Shown: positions 22,634-33,662 of the stretch, piece by piece
Numbering within the stretch: position 1 is the stretch's first letter
Layout of the letters: every line of letters begins with the position of its first letter
Origin: Thelocarpon superellum
Taxonomy: Eukaryota
DNA length: 64,000 nt
Assembly (NCBI GenBank): GCA_026025795.1
Contig: JAPEUG010000005.1
Coordinates: forward strand, 1 to 64,000
Reading direction: 5' to 3'
The notes under the pieces: model-generated
What the model was told of the DNA's origin: nothing
Database searches by the model: none
Seen by the model: only the letters and a program-made list of their open reading frames with translations
Translations under genes and position numbers: made by a program

Positions 22634-25390
22634 ATGGCGACACCGGAAGCGCGGATACTGCCCCTACCGGCACAAGCTGTCGCCCAAATCACCGCTTCGA
22701 CGGCCATCGCCTCCCTCCCGTCCGTCGTCCTGGACCTGGTGCGTAATGCCCTCGACGCCCGCGCTACGACCATTGCCGTCACCGTCGACTTCCCACGTCG
22801 AGGATGTATCGTAGAGGACGACGGCGACGGCATCCATCCCGCCGACTTCCAGCCAGGCGGGGGCTTGGGAAAGCCGCACCATTCCTCCAAGCGCTCTCCG
22901 TCTCCGCCTGCACATGGACGATCCGGCGCCTTTCTGACCGCCCTCGCTGCCCTGTCCTTGGTCACCATCACCTCTCGTCACCGGCACCACCCGTCTCACA
23001 ACACCCTGATCATGCATCATGCGAAGCCCATTGCACGCCTGATCCCTGCCCCGGCCTTTCACCATCTCTCGCATCATGACCATGGCACCCGTGTCGTAGT
23101 TCGTGACCTCTTTGGGAATCTTCCAGTACGGCTCAAGCAGTACGCACGCATGGTCGACTTGGGCAACGAGACCGATCGAGAGTGGGAAGTTTTGCGGAGC
23201 GGCTTGATGGCGCTGTTGCTGGCCTGGGACACTGACATGCGACTATCCGTGACCGATTCCACCCGCAAGAGGACGCTCCACCTTCGGTCCCCGTCCACAC
23301 ACCGAGAATCCGACTCTGCTTCAAGCTCCAGGATGGGGCGTCTCCCAAGACTGCTGCTGCAGGCAGGATCTCTGGGCGGGCCACCTCGATCCTGGGTTTC
23401 GCTGACGGCCTCGACGCCAGCGTTGTCCCTGGATGGCACCATCTCACTCCAACCGGCGCCTACCAAAAAGCTCCAGTTCATCTCCATCGGCATCACCCCT
23501 CTCTTCCACGAGGGTGGACATAACGTCATATATGAGGAAGTCAATCGTCTCTTCGCCATGTCCCGATTTGGGGCGATCGAGGATGAAGAGGAGCTTGCTG
23601 AGGGCAAGGAAGATGGGCGCATGCGTAACGGACGATACCAACGGGATGGTTCTATTGCAAAGCAGCTTAAGATGGGCCGCAAGGGTATCGACCGATGGCC
23701 TGTGTATACGCTAAAGATCCGCCTGGTGCAATCATCTCCATCTCGACCGACCGACGCCGAGACCATCCTACGTGCCCCTAGTGAGCTGCAGTCGATCCTA
23801 GCACTGCTTCGAGCGACGATGACCCGGTTCTTGGAAGACTATCATTTCCGTCCCAGACCTTCGTCAAGACCGGATGATGCTGTGGACGATGAAGCAGCTG
23901 ATGGGTCTGATGGAGCCCTCGTTGACCGTTATCCCCTGACCGCTGCTGGGGCCGAAGGGGTGAGGCAAGCGGCGGTTGGTAGGGCTCGACGAGCCTTGTC
24001 CGTTCACAAGCGACCCGGCCCTCGAATTTGTCTGGATGATCTAGGAGTTGGTGTCAAATTTCCCTCCCGCGGTCGACCTCCGAACCAAGCCTTCAAACGG
24101 TGGCAGAGAACCAAGAGCGTGACGAGGGCTCTGGGATCCGATGTACACGGCGGCGGTGAGCCAAGTGCGAAACCTGCATCAACAGGGGAAACATCTACGG
24201 CTGTCAATGCGGAAGCCGCGGGATCGCGCAGGCAAGAGGGTACAGATGAGGTGATGGAATGGGCCGACCCTCGGACGAAGTTCCCAGATTTGGTCAACAC
24301 TCGAACCGGCTGCAGTATTCCGAGAGAATTCGACCGGCTCCACTCCGCCCCGACGAGATCGAATCGTGTCGTGAATTCTCGACGGCCACCGTCGCAGCGC
24401 ATGTCGACGAGCAGAGATGACGCCGCATCCGCTGAGAAGCGACCGGGCCCGTGGCTTGAGAAGGTGTTGAGCGGATGGAAGAATCCCGTCTTCCCTCCGA
24501 CGGAGCCAGCGATACCCCAGACCACGGATGGAGGGAGCTGTGGCGGCGAGGCTCATGGCTTTGGCGATGCACCCGATCTCCTCGAGGAGCGCATCTCCAA
24601 GGACGGATTAAAGCATGCCCAGGTAATTGGACAGGTGGACCGCAAGTTCATCCTGCTGAAGATGGTCGGCGGGACGGGGAGCATCATGTTAGTGCTGGTG
24701 GATCAACATGCAGCAGATGAACGATGTCGCATCGAGGAGCTCCTGGCAGGGCTGTGCTCTGGAGAGACTGTCGCACTCACTCCTCCGATTCCTTTCGACA
24801 CGTCGAACGAGGAGGGACGACTCTTCGCGAAACAGAGAGATCACTTTGCCAGGTGGGGAGTGGAGTACCAGGTCACGTCATTCTCGACGGACCGAAACGA
24901 GGCGGCCGGGGGGGAAGTGACGGTGAATGCCCTCCCGGTGGGGATCGCACAACGATGCAAGGCGGAGCCCAAGCACATGATTGAGATGATGCGACAAGAG
25001 ATATGGAAGAGGGGAGAGTCAGGCGAATCTGTGAAGGAGCGAGGCGCACAAGCAATCGATGATCGACAGGCCTGGGTGCAGCAGATCTACGACTGCCCAC
25101 AGGGGATTCTGGCCCTCCTAAGTTCACGTTCATGTCGGAGTGCGATCATGTTCAATGACGTGCTGAACGACGAGGAATGCGGCCATTTGATCTCTCGTCT
25201 GGCCCTGTGCGCGTTTCCTTTCCAGTGTGCTCACGGACGCCCATCCATGACTCCGCTCGTCAATCTCGGCAGGAGCACGCAGATGGGGGTGGAGGCGGGG
25301 ATGGGTGCGAACACCATCGCACGAAGACCGAACAGCGAGGGCGACAAGACGCGGGACTTATGTCTGAAATGGATGGATGAAACTCTGTGA
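22634..25390 (+). CDS. MLH3: DNA mismatch repair / meiotic crossover endonuclease MLH3
   Basis: N-terminal GHKL region (ILPLP..DLVRNALDA..VEDDGDGI..GTRVVVRDLFGNLPVR). C-terminal MutL_C with QVDRKFIL, the DQHAADERCRIEE endonuclease motif, CRSAIMF and FPFQCAHGRPS. Confidence 0.93.
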   Translation: MATPEARILPLPAQAVAQITASTAIASLPSVVLDLVRNALDARATTIAVTVDFPRRGCIVEDDGDGIHPADFQPGGGLGKPHHSSKRSPSPPAHGRSGAFLTALAALSLVTITSRHRHHPSHNTLIMHHAKPIARLIPAPAFHHLSHHDHGTRVVVRDLFGNLPVRLKQYARMVDLGNETDREWEVLRSGLMALLLAWDTDMRLSVTDSTRKRTLHLRSPSTHRESDSASSSRMGRLPRLLLQAGSLGGPPRSWVSLTASTPALSLDGTISLQPAPTKKLQFISIGITPLFHEGGHNVIYEEVNRLFAMSRFGAIEDEEELAEGKEDGRMRNGRYQRDGSIAKQLKMGRKGIDRWPVYTLKIRLVQSSPSRPTDAETILRAPSELQSILALLRATMTRFLEDYHFRPRPSSRPDDAVDDEAADGSDGALVDRYPLTAAGAEGVRQAAVGRARRALSVHKRPGPRICLDDLGVGVKFPSRGRPPNQAFKRWQRTKSVTRALGSDVHGGGEPSAKPASTGETSTAVNAEAAGSRRQEGTDEVMEWADPRTKFPDLVNTRTGCSIPREFDRLHSAPTRSNRVVNSRRPPSQRMSTSRDDAASAEKRPGPWLEKVLSGWKNPVFPPTEPAIPQTTDGGSCGGEAHGFGDAPDLLEERISKDGLKHAQVIGQVDRKFILLKMVGGTGSIMLVLVDQHAADERCRIEELLAGLCSGETVALTPPIPFDTSNEEGRLFAKQRDHFARWGVEYQVTSFSTDRNEAAGGEVTVNALPVGIAQRCKAEPKHMIEMMRQEIWKRGESGESVKERGAQAIDDRQAWVQQIYDCPQGILALLSSRSCRSAIMFNDVLNDEECGHLISRLALCAFPFQCAHGRPSMTPLVNLGRSTQMGVEAGMGANTIARRPNSEGDKTRDLCLKWMDETL

Positions 25391-25853
25391 TCACAACCGT
25401 GTATTCACAGGAGACGGGAGTATTTCATCCAGATTCCTAGTAACTTCAATTCTATAACTCTCTCTGTCTCAGTTTCACAAACAGACTATCTCCTCCCCGG
25501 CTTTGTCAATTCTGCAAAGATACGCAGGACCAGGTCCCGCCGAGGAATCGGAGAACGACCGACCGGGCGCGACCTCCTGGGAGACGGGCTCACCGTTGGA
25601 GTCTCCTGGAGTCATCACCGGCATACGCAACATGTATCGCAAGACAGAACGTTTTCCCTCTCCCCCCTCCCTCCCTCCCTTTCTCGCTCTCGCTCTCTTA
25701 CGCACACCTGATCGTACTTGTACACGAAGCAGTATTATAGACCACGCACAACTACACTGGAAGCACGTACGGCACGAGCAGGCACATCTATCACGAGAAC
25801 AGTTCGAATCCTCAGTCCCACCACCTCTCACGACTTGTGTCCCTCTCTCGATT

Positions 25854-28800
25854 CTAACCACTGCACATCAGGCACTCGCCTGGGTTCTCGATGCTGCCTG
25901 GCGTCACAGATCAGCGTTCATGGCATCCGTCGCCGTAGGATCGAGATCACTCACATGCTAGGACCTTCTCGGCGTAGATGTCCTTCTCGCGGCCCTTGCT
26001 CGTCTCCTCGCTATCCTCGTCCTGGCCCTTCTTCGTCTCCTTCAGCGCCGGCTCCACCAGCTCCTCGTCGTACTTGGGCGTGTCGGCCGGCGGGTCAGTG
26101 GAGAGCAGCTTGGGGCTCTCGCCATCCGACGAACCCGTGACCGTGGTCTTGGTCATCGGCGGCACCGGCGTGGCCGCGGCGGCGGCGTGGACGGGGACGG
26201 GCGTGGAGAGCGGCGACGACGACAGCGAGTCCGTCGACGTCTTCTGCACGTACATCGGCCGCGGCACGGCGGCGGGCGAGGGGCCTGAGGCTGGCCCGAC
26301 GCGCTTCTTGAAGGCGCCGGCGCGGGCCACGTTGGTGTCGGCCACCTTGAGCTGCTCCTGGTCCACGGTGAACTGGATGGGCGCCGACGCGGCCATGGTG
26401 CGCAGGTAGTACATGCCCGTCTTCAGGCCCAGCTTCCACCCGGCAAAGTGCATGCTCGTGATCTTGCCCATCGTCGGCTCCTTCATGTGGATGTTGAGCG
26501 ACTGTGACTGGTCGATGAAGGCGCCGCGGTCCGCGGCCATGTGCACGATGGTGCGCTGCGAGATCTCCCACACCGTCTTGTACAGCGCCTTGATGTCGGC
26601 GGGGATGTTGGGAATGTTCTGGATCGAGCCGCCGTCGGCGATGATGCGGTTCTTCATGTTGTCCGACCACAGGCCCATGTCCACCAGGTCCTTGAGCAGC
26701 CAGGGGTTGACCACCTGGAACTCGCCCGCCAGCACCCGGCGCGAGTAGATATTGGACGTGTAGGGCTCGAAGCACTCGTTGTTGCCCAGGATCTGGCTCG
26801 TGCTGGCCGTCGGCATCGGCGCCACCAGCAGGCTGTTGCGCACCCCGTGCGCCGCGATGTCCGCCTTGAGCGCCGCCCAGTCCCACAGATCCGTCGGCGT
26901 CACGTCCCACATGTCGTACTGCAGGATGCCCTGCGACACCGGCGAGCCCTCGTACGACGAGTAGGTGCCGTGCGCCTCGGCCAACTTGCACGACGCCGTC
27001 AGCGCCGCGTGGTAGATGGTCTCGAAGATCTGCTTGTTCAGGTGCTTGGCCTCGTCCGACTCGAACGGCAGGCGCAAGGCCAGGAAGGCGTCCGCCAGCC
27101 CCTGCACGCCCACGGCGATGGGCCGATGGCGGAAGTTGCTCCGCCGCGCCTCCTCCACTGGGTAGTAGTTGACGTCGATGATCTTGTTTAAATTCTTCAC
27201 CACCACCTGCGTCACCTCGTGCAGCCGGGCAAAGTCGTACTCGCCCCGCGCTGCGTCGACGTACGTCGGCAGCGCCAGCGACGCCAGGTTGCACACCGCC
27301 ACCTCGTCCGGCGCCGAATACTCGACAATCTCCGTGCACAAGTTCGAGCTGCGGATGGTCCCGAGGTTCTTCTGGTTGCTCTTCCGGTTGCACGCGTCCT
27401 TGTAGAGCATGAACGGGTTGCCCGTCTCCGTCTGGGACTCGAGGATGGAGTACCACAGCTTCTGCGCCTTGATCGTCTTGCGCCCGCGACCCTCTTTCTC
27501 GTACCGCTCGTACAGGGCCTCGAACTCATCGCCGTACACGTCCGCCAGGCCGGGCGCCTCGTTGGGGCAGAAGAGCGTCCACTCCCCGTTCTGCTCCACC
27601 CGCTTCATGAACAGATCCGCGATCCACAGCGCGTAGAAGAGATCGCGCGCCCGCGCCTCGTCCTTGCCGTGGTTCTTGCGCAGCTCGAGGAAGTCAAACA
27701 CGTCGGCGTGCCACGGCTCGATGTAGATGGCAAACGCGCCCGGCCGCTTGTTGCCACCCTGGTCGACGTAGCGCGCTGTGTTGTTGAAGACGCGCAGCAT
27801 TGGCACTATGCCGTTGGAGTTGCCGTTGGTGCCGCCAATGTACGAGCCCGTGGCGCGGATGCGGTGGATGTTGAGCCCGATGCCGCCCGCCGTCTTGGAG
27901 ATCATCGCGCACGTCTTCAGCGTGTCGTAGATGCCCTCGATGCTGTCCTCCTTCATGTCCACCAGGAAGCACGACGACAGCTGCGGCTGCGGCGTGCCCG
28001 CGTTGAAGAGCGTGGGCGAGGCGTGGGTGAAGTATTTGCTCGACATGAGGTTGTACGTCTCCAGCACGCTCTCCGTGTCGTCCCCGTGGATGCCCACGGC
28101 CACGCGCATGATCATGTGCTGCGGCCGCTCCGCCACCTTGCCGTTGATCCGGAGCAGGTAGGAGCGCTCAAGCGTCTTGAAGCCAAAGTACTGGTAGTTG
28201 AAGTCGCGGTCGTACACGATGGCCGAGTTGAGCTCCTCGGCATGCCGCAGCACCGTCTCATACGTCTGCTTGGAGATCATGGGCGACGGCTGGTTATTCT
28301 TGGGATTGACGTAGTGGTACAGATCCGACACCACGGACGAGAACTGCTTCCGCGTCTGCTTGTGAAGATTGGACACGGCGATGCGCGCAGCGAGCACGGC
28401 ATAGTCGGGGTGCGTGACGGTCATGTACGCTGCCGTCTCCGCGGCCTGCAGCGCGAAGGCGTTAGCATGCCGAGTCCCCGCGTCATCGCGCCTCTCGCCA
28501 CATGTCACGTACCAAGTTGTCCAGCTCGACCGTGGTCACGCCCTGGTACACGCCCGAGATGACCTTCTGCGTGATGGCCGCCGCATCCACGTGCTCGGCG
28601 TCGAGGCCATAACACAGCCGAGACACCCGTGCAGTGATCTTGTCGAATTGGACGCGTTCCTTGCGTCCATCTGCATTCGATTCTCATCAGCCACGGTCAC
28701 TCTTGCACGTCCTCCTCGCGCTAGACGCGTCACGACTAGTGGGCGCGACAGCATGGTGGTTCACAGCCATATCTAGGCGAGAACCGTGCGTGATGTGACA

Positions 28801-28884
28801 AGGGAGTCCACGCATGGGAGACGGGTGGTGGAGATGGACAGAGACCAGATCGAGCTGCTTACCGCGCTTGTACACATACATCAT
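25854..28884 (-). CDS. RNR1: Ribonucleoside-diphosphate reductase large subunit; exons 28884-28863, 28670-28513, 28445-25955, 25897-25854
   Basis: ATP-cone start [22 protein letters not shown], plus [36 protein letters not shown] and KTGMYYLRT. Three canonical introns. The last exon supplies the C-terminal [14 protein letters not shown]. Confidence 0.98.
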
Positions 28885-29270
28885 GGCGGTCTGATGTGAG
28901 CTTGACGCGTGGCGAGAGTCGAGAGCAAGATGCTGAGGGCGCCGTGGGGTGGTCGGCGGTGGAGAGCAAGGGAATGAGCAGCAGAGCACGCCTCTGATTA
29001 GGCTGGAGGGAGCGAGGGGTCAAGATTGGTGGTGAGGGTAGACGTGGACGTGGACAGGGAGGGAAGCAGACAAGGTCGAGGCAGGAGAGTCAATTATATG
29101 GAGGGGCACGCCCGGTACGGGGTTCTAGTGCAGGCCTGCCAGCGCCTCGGCCGGCGTCCTTCGTATGAGGACGGTGTGATTAACTTGCCGCTACGAGTAA
29201 TCGTGCTGTTACGCCTGAACTCCGCCCTAAGGGAGACGCGACGCGACACCTGAATTTGCGCGCACGCGAA
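28725..29270. promoter_or_regulatory. Cluster of MCB-like (ACGCGT/ACGCG) cell-cycle elements around the RNR1 start
   Basis: ACGCGT at 28725-28730 (intron 1) and 28905-28910; GACGCGACGCGAC at ~29235-29247; ACGCGAA at 29264-29270. RNR1 is a classical MBF target in yeasts. Confidence 0.55.
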
Positions 29271-30300
29271 GCCAAACCTCACTTAGTGCCAGGAGCGACG
29301 GGGCGCCTCACGTGAAGGCGAACACAAACAGTGGCGTCATCTTAGTGCCATTATTAGTCAGGCGTGAAGCGGGGGATCCTCGTGGCAGGCGACGCTAGAA
29401 ATGACGGCCCAATCATTTGGTTACTAATCATGCAAGGGAGGACGGGGTCCTTTGTGCGTGGAGTACGGAGACAGAGGCCCAGGGGAGAGCCCCTCAACAC
29501 CACCCGACCTACCAAGAAGGAGCCCCCCTGACCACATTCTAACGGGGAGATCCACCGCCGTTTTGGTATATTTCTGCAAGTACGATGCAGCTGGTACACA
29601 ACGCATGGCGATTTGTTTACGTTCCATCACCGTGATCTTCGCGCTGTGCCGTGTGGCATACAAAGAAGGGCCGCCGGAACAGGATGGGCCGACCAACAAC
29701 ATATCAACATACCAACATACCAACAGGGCAGAAGAGCCGGGTCAGGAAACAACGGCCAGGAGCTAGAATCGACTTCAAACGAAGTAAGGGTGTATTACAG
29801 ACCCATCTATCGCAGGGAAAAGGCCCGCATCAGCGTCTGTAGATGGGCGAAAGCCTCGCAGCCGATGTGAGCCGGGCATTCACGGTCCCACCAGGAGGGA
29901 TCGTGTTGCTCGACACAAGTCGTGAATGCGACCGATTCATGTGGCCCCAAACGGCGCTATCCAGGACGCGTCGGTTGGCGCGGCCCACTGATCCGAGCCT
30001 CTCACTTGGACAAGCAACCCACTCTCCTTCTCCTTCTCCCACCATCACAATCACCCTCCTTCGCCCACCACGTCGTGGACCTGATCGAGCAGAGCCAGCC
30101 GCACACCGTCACTCGTTGGTGTCTTTCTCGGAGCCTCTCGTTTCCAGACCCCGTCGTCGTAACCAACCGCCACCCGGTTCGCTCGGAGATTTGTCGTTGG
30201 CCCTTCTTAGGTGAGAAGACTCCCACCGGAACGTTCGCCATGGTGGCTGACCGATCACGCTGACCATCGCTCCCCAGAGGTCCGCGAAGGCGTCGCAGGT

Positions 30301-31632
30301 ATGGTCAAGCAGAAGGGAAAGAAGGGGAAAGGAAAGGGGAAGGGGACGGCCAAGGACGTGGAGCAGGATGCGACGCCCGTGCCGCCCGCGCCGACGGCGA
30401 CATCCGAGCCGGCGGCCGAGGGCAAGGACGCGGTGGGCCCATCCTCGCAAGCCGACAAGAAAAAAGGCAAGGCGCCGAGCTGTGTGTCTGCGCCCGCCGC
30501 CCGACGTCCCAGCAGACGCGGGCCCAAGCTTCTCGACCGTCATTTCCGCGCCAAGCGCGCGTATCAGCTGCGACGCAACCTGGACGAGGACGCGGAAGAG
30601 ACGCTGATGAAGCTCGACTACTTCCATGAGCAGGATCTGGTCATCTTGGACACTCAGATCGAGCGCACTCTCCTCATGGCCAGCGCGAGCCCTGGGGTGG
30701 TTGACATGGACAAGAGCCTCGGCCCGAGCATGACCCTCGTGGCCAGACGCATCATGCACAAGCTGGCGTACTTGAATGATCTCCTCGGGCAGCGTATCAA
30801 GCAGCTTCGCAGCTGGAAGCGGGACAAAGTCTTTCCCTATGAATCCGGCGAAGCGGCGCCGTTGACGATGCTCGAGTGCATGGGGAACGTGCAGCCGGAC
30901 GACCCCCTGCCCGAGTCCAGCAGCGGCGCGCAGTCAACGGCCAAGTCGTGCGGCCTCGGCCCCGCCTTCGACGCCACCCTCGCCACCTTCTGCGAGCTGG
31001 CCGCGGCGGCCGCGGCCGACGTGCGGAACTTTGACTCTCCGCCAAGGGATCCAACGACGTCGGAACCGGACCCAGTGCCGGACCTGACGGCGCCGGGCTC
31101 ATCATGCACCTTCTTTTCCGTCCCCGTGCCTCGCTCATGGCCCCAGCGGGTCAAGCAGGCCATGGCCCGGGAAGAGTTCCTCACGTACCAGAACGAAGCA
31201 ACGCGACGGGACTACAGCACGATCCGCGAAGTCGTTCGGCCTCTGGTGTTCAAGATGAGCAACTCAGAGATGATAAGCCCCACGGTCTTCCAAGTCGCCG
31301 CCGAAACCGCCCACACACAACCCCTCATGCAGCAGTACGAGTACTTGCGCAACGAGCAAGTCGCCATGGTCATCTGCTGGGCACGCGCCAACAATCGCAT
31401 CGCGCGCTTTCTCAACACGGAGAAGCCGGCGATGAGCGAGGAGTTGTTCGAGCTGATGGGCACGATTGCGAAGAGGCACAGTAGCAACTTGTGGGTGCTC
31501 ACCGACCCGAACAACGAGACCCTCGCAACCAATTGTCCGACCCTGGGACAGCTGTTCCAGCAAGCGACTTGGATTCGGGAGAAAAACGACGCCAGCGCAT
31601 CAGGCACGATCGCGAAGACCGCACGGCGGTGA
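30301..31632 (+). CDS. Orphan hypothetical protein, 443 aa, Lys/Gly-rich N-terminus
   Basis: Long intronless ORF from ATG 30301 with high GC3 and natural helical-looking composition; no family recognised. Confidence 0.7.
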   Translation: MVKQKGKKGKGKGKGTAKDVEQDATPVPPAPTATSEPAAEGKDAVGPSSQADKKKGKAPSCVSAPAARRPSRRGPKLLDRHFRAKRAYQLRRNLDEDAEETLMKLDYFHEQDLVILDTQIERTLLMASASPGVVDMDKSLGPSMTLVARRIMHKLAYLNDLLGQRIKQLRSWKRDKVFPYESGEAAPLTMLECMGNVQPDDPLPESSSGAQSTAKSCGLGPAFDATLATFCELAAAAAADVRNFDSPPRDPTTSEPDPVPDLTAPGSSCTFFSVPVPRSWPQRVKQAMAREEFLTYQNEATRRDYSTIREVVRPLVFKMSNSEMISPTVFQVAAETAHTQPLMQQYEYLRNEQVAMVICWARANNRIARFLNTEKPAMSEELFELMGTIAKRHSSNLWVLTDPNNETLATNCPTLGQLFQQATWIREKNDASASGTIAKTARR

Positions 31633-31694
31633 GGGGAAGGACTGCGTCCAGGCCGGGAGGAGCGGGACCGCGGCCAATGAGCGCGGCCAAGGCC

Positions 31695-33163
31695 TCAGCG
31701 GCGCAGGAGGTCGTTGAGCCACTGGGCGAGCGCGTACGACGAGCGTGTATGGAGATGGCCTCGCAGGCCCTTCACCACCGTCAGCCAGTCATCGATGTCA
31801 TGTAGCTTGCGGCCTTTGAGCATGCGGTCCACCTGAGCGGCTTCTGCAACAGCCACGTCGGCCGCGTCCGAGAGCGAGATGTGGGCTGCTGTAATCACCC
31901 CGGATCGTACGTCGAGCGAGACTCTAGACTGGTAATCCACAACACTCATTAGACCAGATCTATCTTCATGCCGAGACTGCCCGCCCAGGGGAGAGACGCG
32001 GTCCCGTGTGCCCGAGGTTTCATACCGAAGACGGGAGATGCTCAGGCCACGCAGGTCGCGGGCGACCATCATCGTCCGTAGCACAGCTGGAAAAGGTAAA
32101 TTGCGGGGTCTGTAGGAAGGTCCAGGCATCGGACTGTGAATAGCCCTGTCAGCATGCGGCACTCTTAGTCCACCCGGTCGCATCGGGCGTCCACCTGAAG
32201 TTCTTCCATGCCCTGTTGGATCTCCGGCACCCCTCTCTCTGCATCGCCCACGAGTCCTCCCACGACGTGGTCTCGTATGGGGAGCTGCTCTCGCTGGCCG
32301 AACAGGCCGGGCAGGTCCACACCCAGTCCGTACATCTGGCCGAATTCGCAAAGGACGGCCTGCTCTACGAGCTCTTTGGCGACTCCGACATTGCCGATGG
32401 GGGAACTGACGCTCTCCACTCCCCGCGCCTTGATATAAGGCTTGGCAGGAGAGCGCAGATAAGACGAGATGGCATGCAGATGCGGGCTGGATAGCAGACA
32501 TGTCCCATGATGCAGCGCGCGCTGCCTCGTGAGCTTGTACGCCGACCCCGAGACTTTCACCGGGCCTGATGACGAGCCGGGTGGCGGATCCATGACGATA
32601 TCGTGTCGTTCATTGACCCTCGTCTCGTGGACGCCTTGTCTGCGCAGCGCTCGCACCACCATCGCCGCATGCTTATCCCTGGTGAAGGTCGAGGGCGGGC
32701 AGATGACGCTATAATTGAGATTGCCCTCATCGTGGAACACCGTCCCTCCACCTGATCTCCGCCGGACCAAGAGCACCTTTCCGATCCCGCCAGGCTCCGT
32801 GTCTACCGCACGGGCGGAGCCGGCATTCAACAACGGCAGATTCACCTCGACCCACGGATTTTGGTTGCGGCCGATCACGACACAGGGTCGATTGGTGTAC
32901 AGAAACAGCACGGTAGAGGCGGGAGGAGTTTTTTGGAGAAGGTAGTGCTCAATAGATAGGTTCAGGTAGGGGTCGGTAGAACGTGAGATGTAAACCTGCC
33001 ATTGGGATGCTGGTCGGGCGCACCGTTCGGCAATGCTGGGCTGCGAGGCCCAGCGGGCACTCGGTCGGCGAAAGCCGCATCGACCCACCTGCCCGATGGC
33101 CGTTCGAGACCGTACACTTCCCCGGCGACGACAGGGTCCACCTAGAGACACTCGTGCGAGCAT
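31695..33163 (-). CDS. AIM22: Mitochondrial lipoate-protein ligase A (Aim22/Lip3-like); exons 33163-32195, 32133-32026, 31928-31695
   Basis: DPYLNLSIE, LYTNRPCVVIGRNQNPW, RRRSGGGTVFHDEGNLNYS, KVSGSAYKL and HHGTCLL motifs; Arg/Ser-rich presequence; two canonical in-frame introns. Confidence 0.92.
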
Positions 33164-33188
33164 CGGCAGGACGGTGGGCGAGGAGAGG

Positions 33189-33195
33189 TGAGTCA
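33189..33195. promoter_or_regulatory. Gcn4/CpcA (AP-1) site TGAGTCA in the AIM22-ARO2 divergent promoter
   Basis: Perfect TGA(C/G)TCA ~470 bp upstream of the chorismate synthase ATG. Confidence 0.5.
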
Positions 33196-33662
33196 GGATG
33201 CAAGCTCGGCGAGCTCCAGCGAGGTGGGATCTGCGCTTTTACCACTTAGCCTCCACTCCCAGCTCAGCCGTGGGGCGTTGGCCGGCCCGGGCCTAAGATG
33301 CGGTTGCCCCGAACTAATGCACGAGCACGGCGTAAGGCTAGCACGATGGCATGATCCTTGCGAAAAAGTCGTCCATGTCGTACAGGTGTGCAGAGGGAAG
33401 GAGTTCCTGGCCCCGACGGACGGTGAAGTCGTATAAATGTCGCACAATCGTCTTCAGCTCCGTTCCAGGCCGGGCATAAGCAGCACCGGAGGTTACATGA
33501 GGAAGTCAAGCGTGTGCTGAACGTTGTGTAGCGTTACTCCCCTGGTACGATCCTGGAGGCCCACTTCTTGTCCCTTCTCCCCATAAGTGTGGGAGCGCTC
33601 CCTCCACCACGCTTCTCAACTCTCCCGGCGCCCCGCTGTACTGAGAGCGTCACCTTGCCATC

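Noticed and set aside
25795..25823. GTTCGAATCC..CCACCA resembling a tRNA T-loop and 3' end
   Set aside because: The T-stem does not pair and there is no D arm, anticodon arm or acceptor stem; it lies in the RNR1 3' flank.
26095..28562. Long alternative-frame and antisense ORFs over RNR1 (453 aa, 447 aa)
   Set aside because: Shadow ORFs caused by very high GC3; the same applies over the RasGEF, sedolisin, ARO2, CRZ1 and RQC1 genes.
31491..31805. ORF that might extend the 30.3-kb orphan by frameshift
   Set aside because: Its distal part is antisense to the last exon of the lipoate ligase, and no plausible intron links it.
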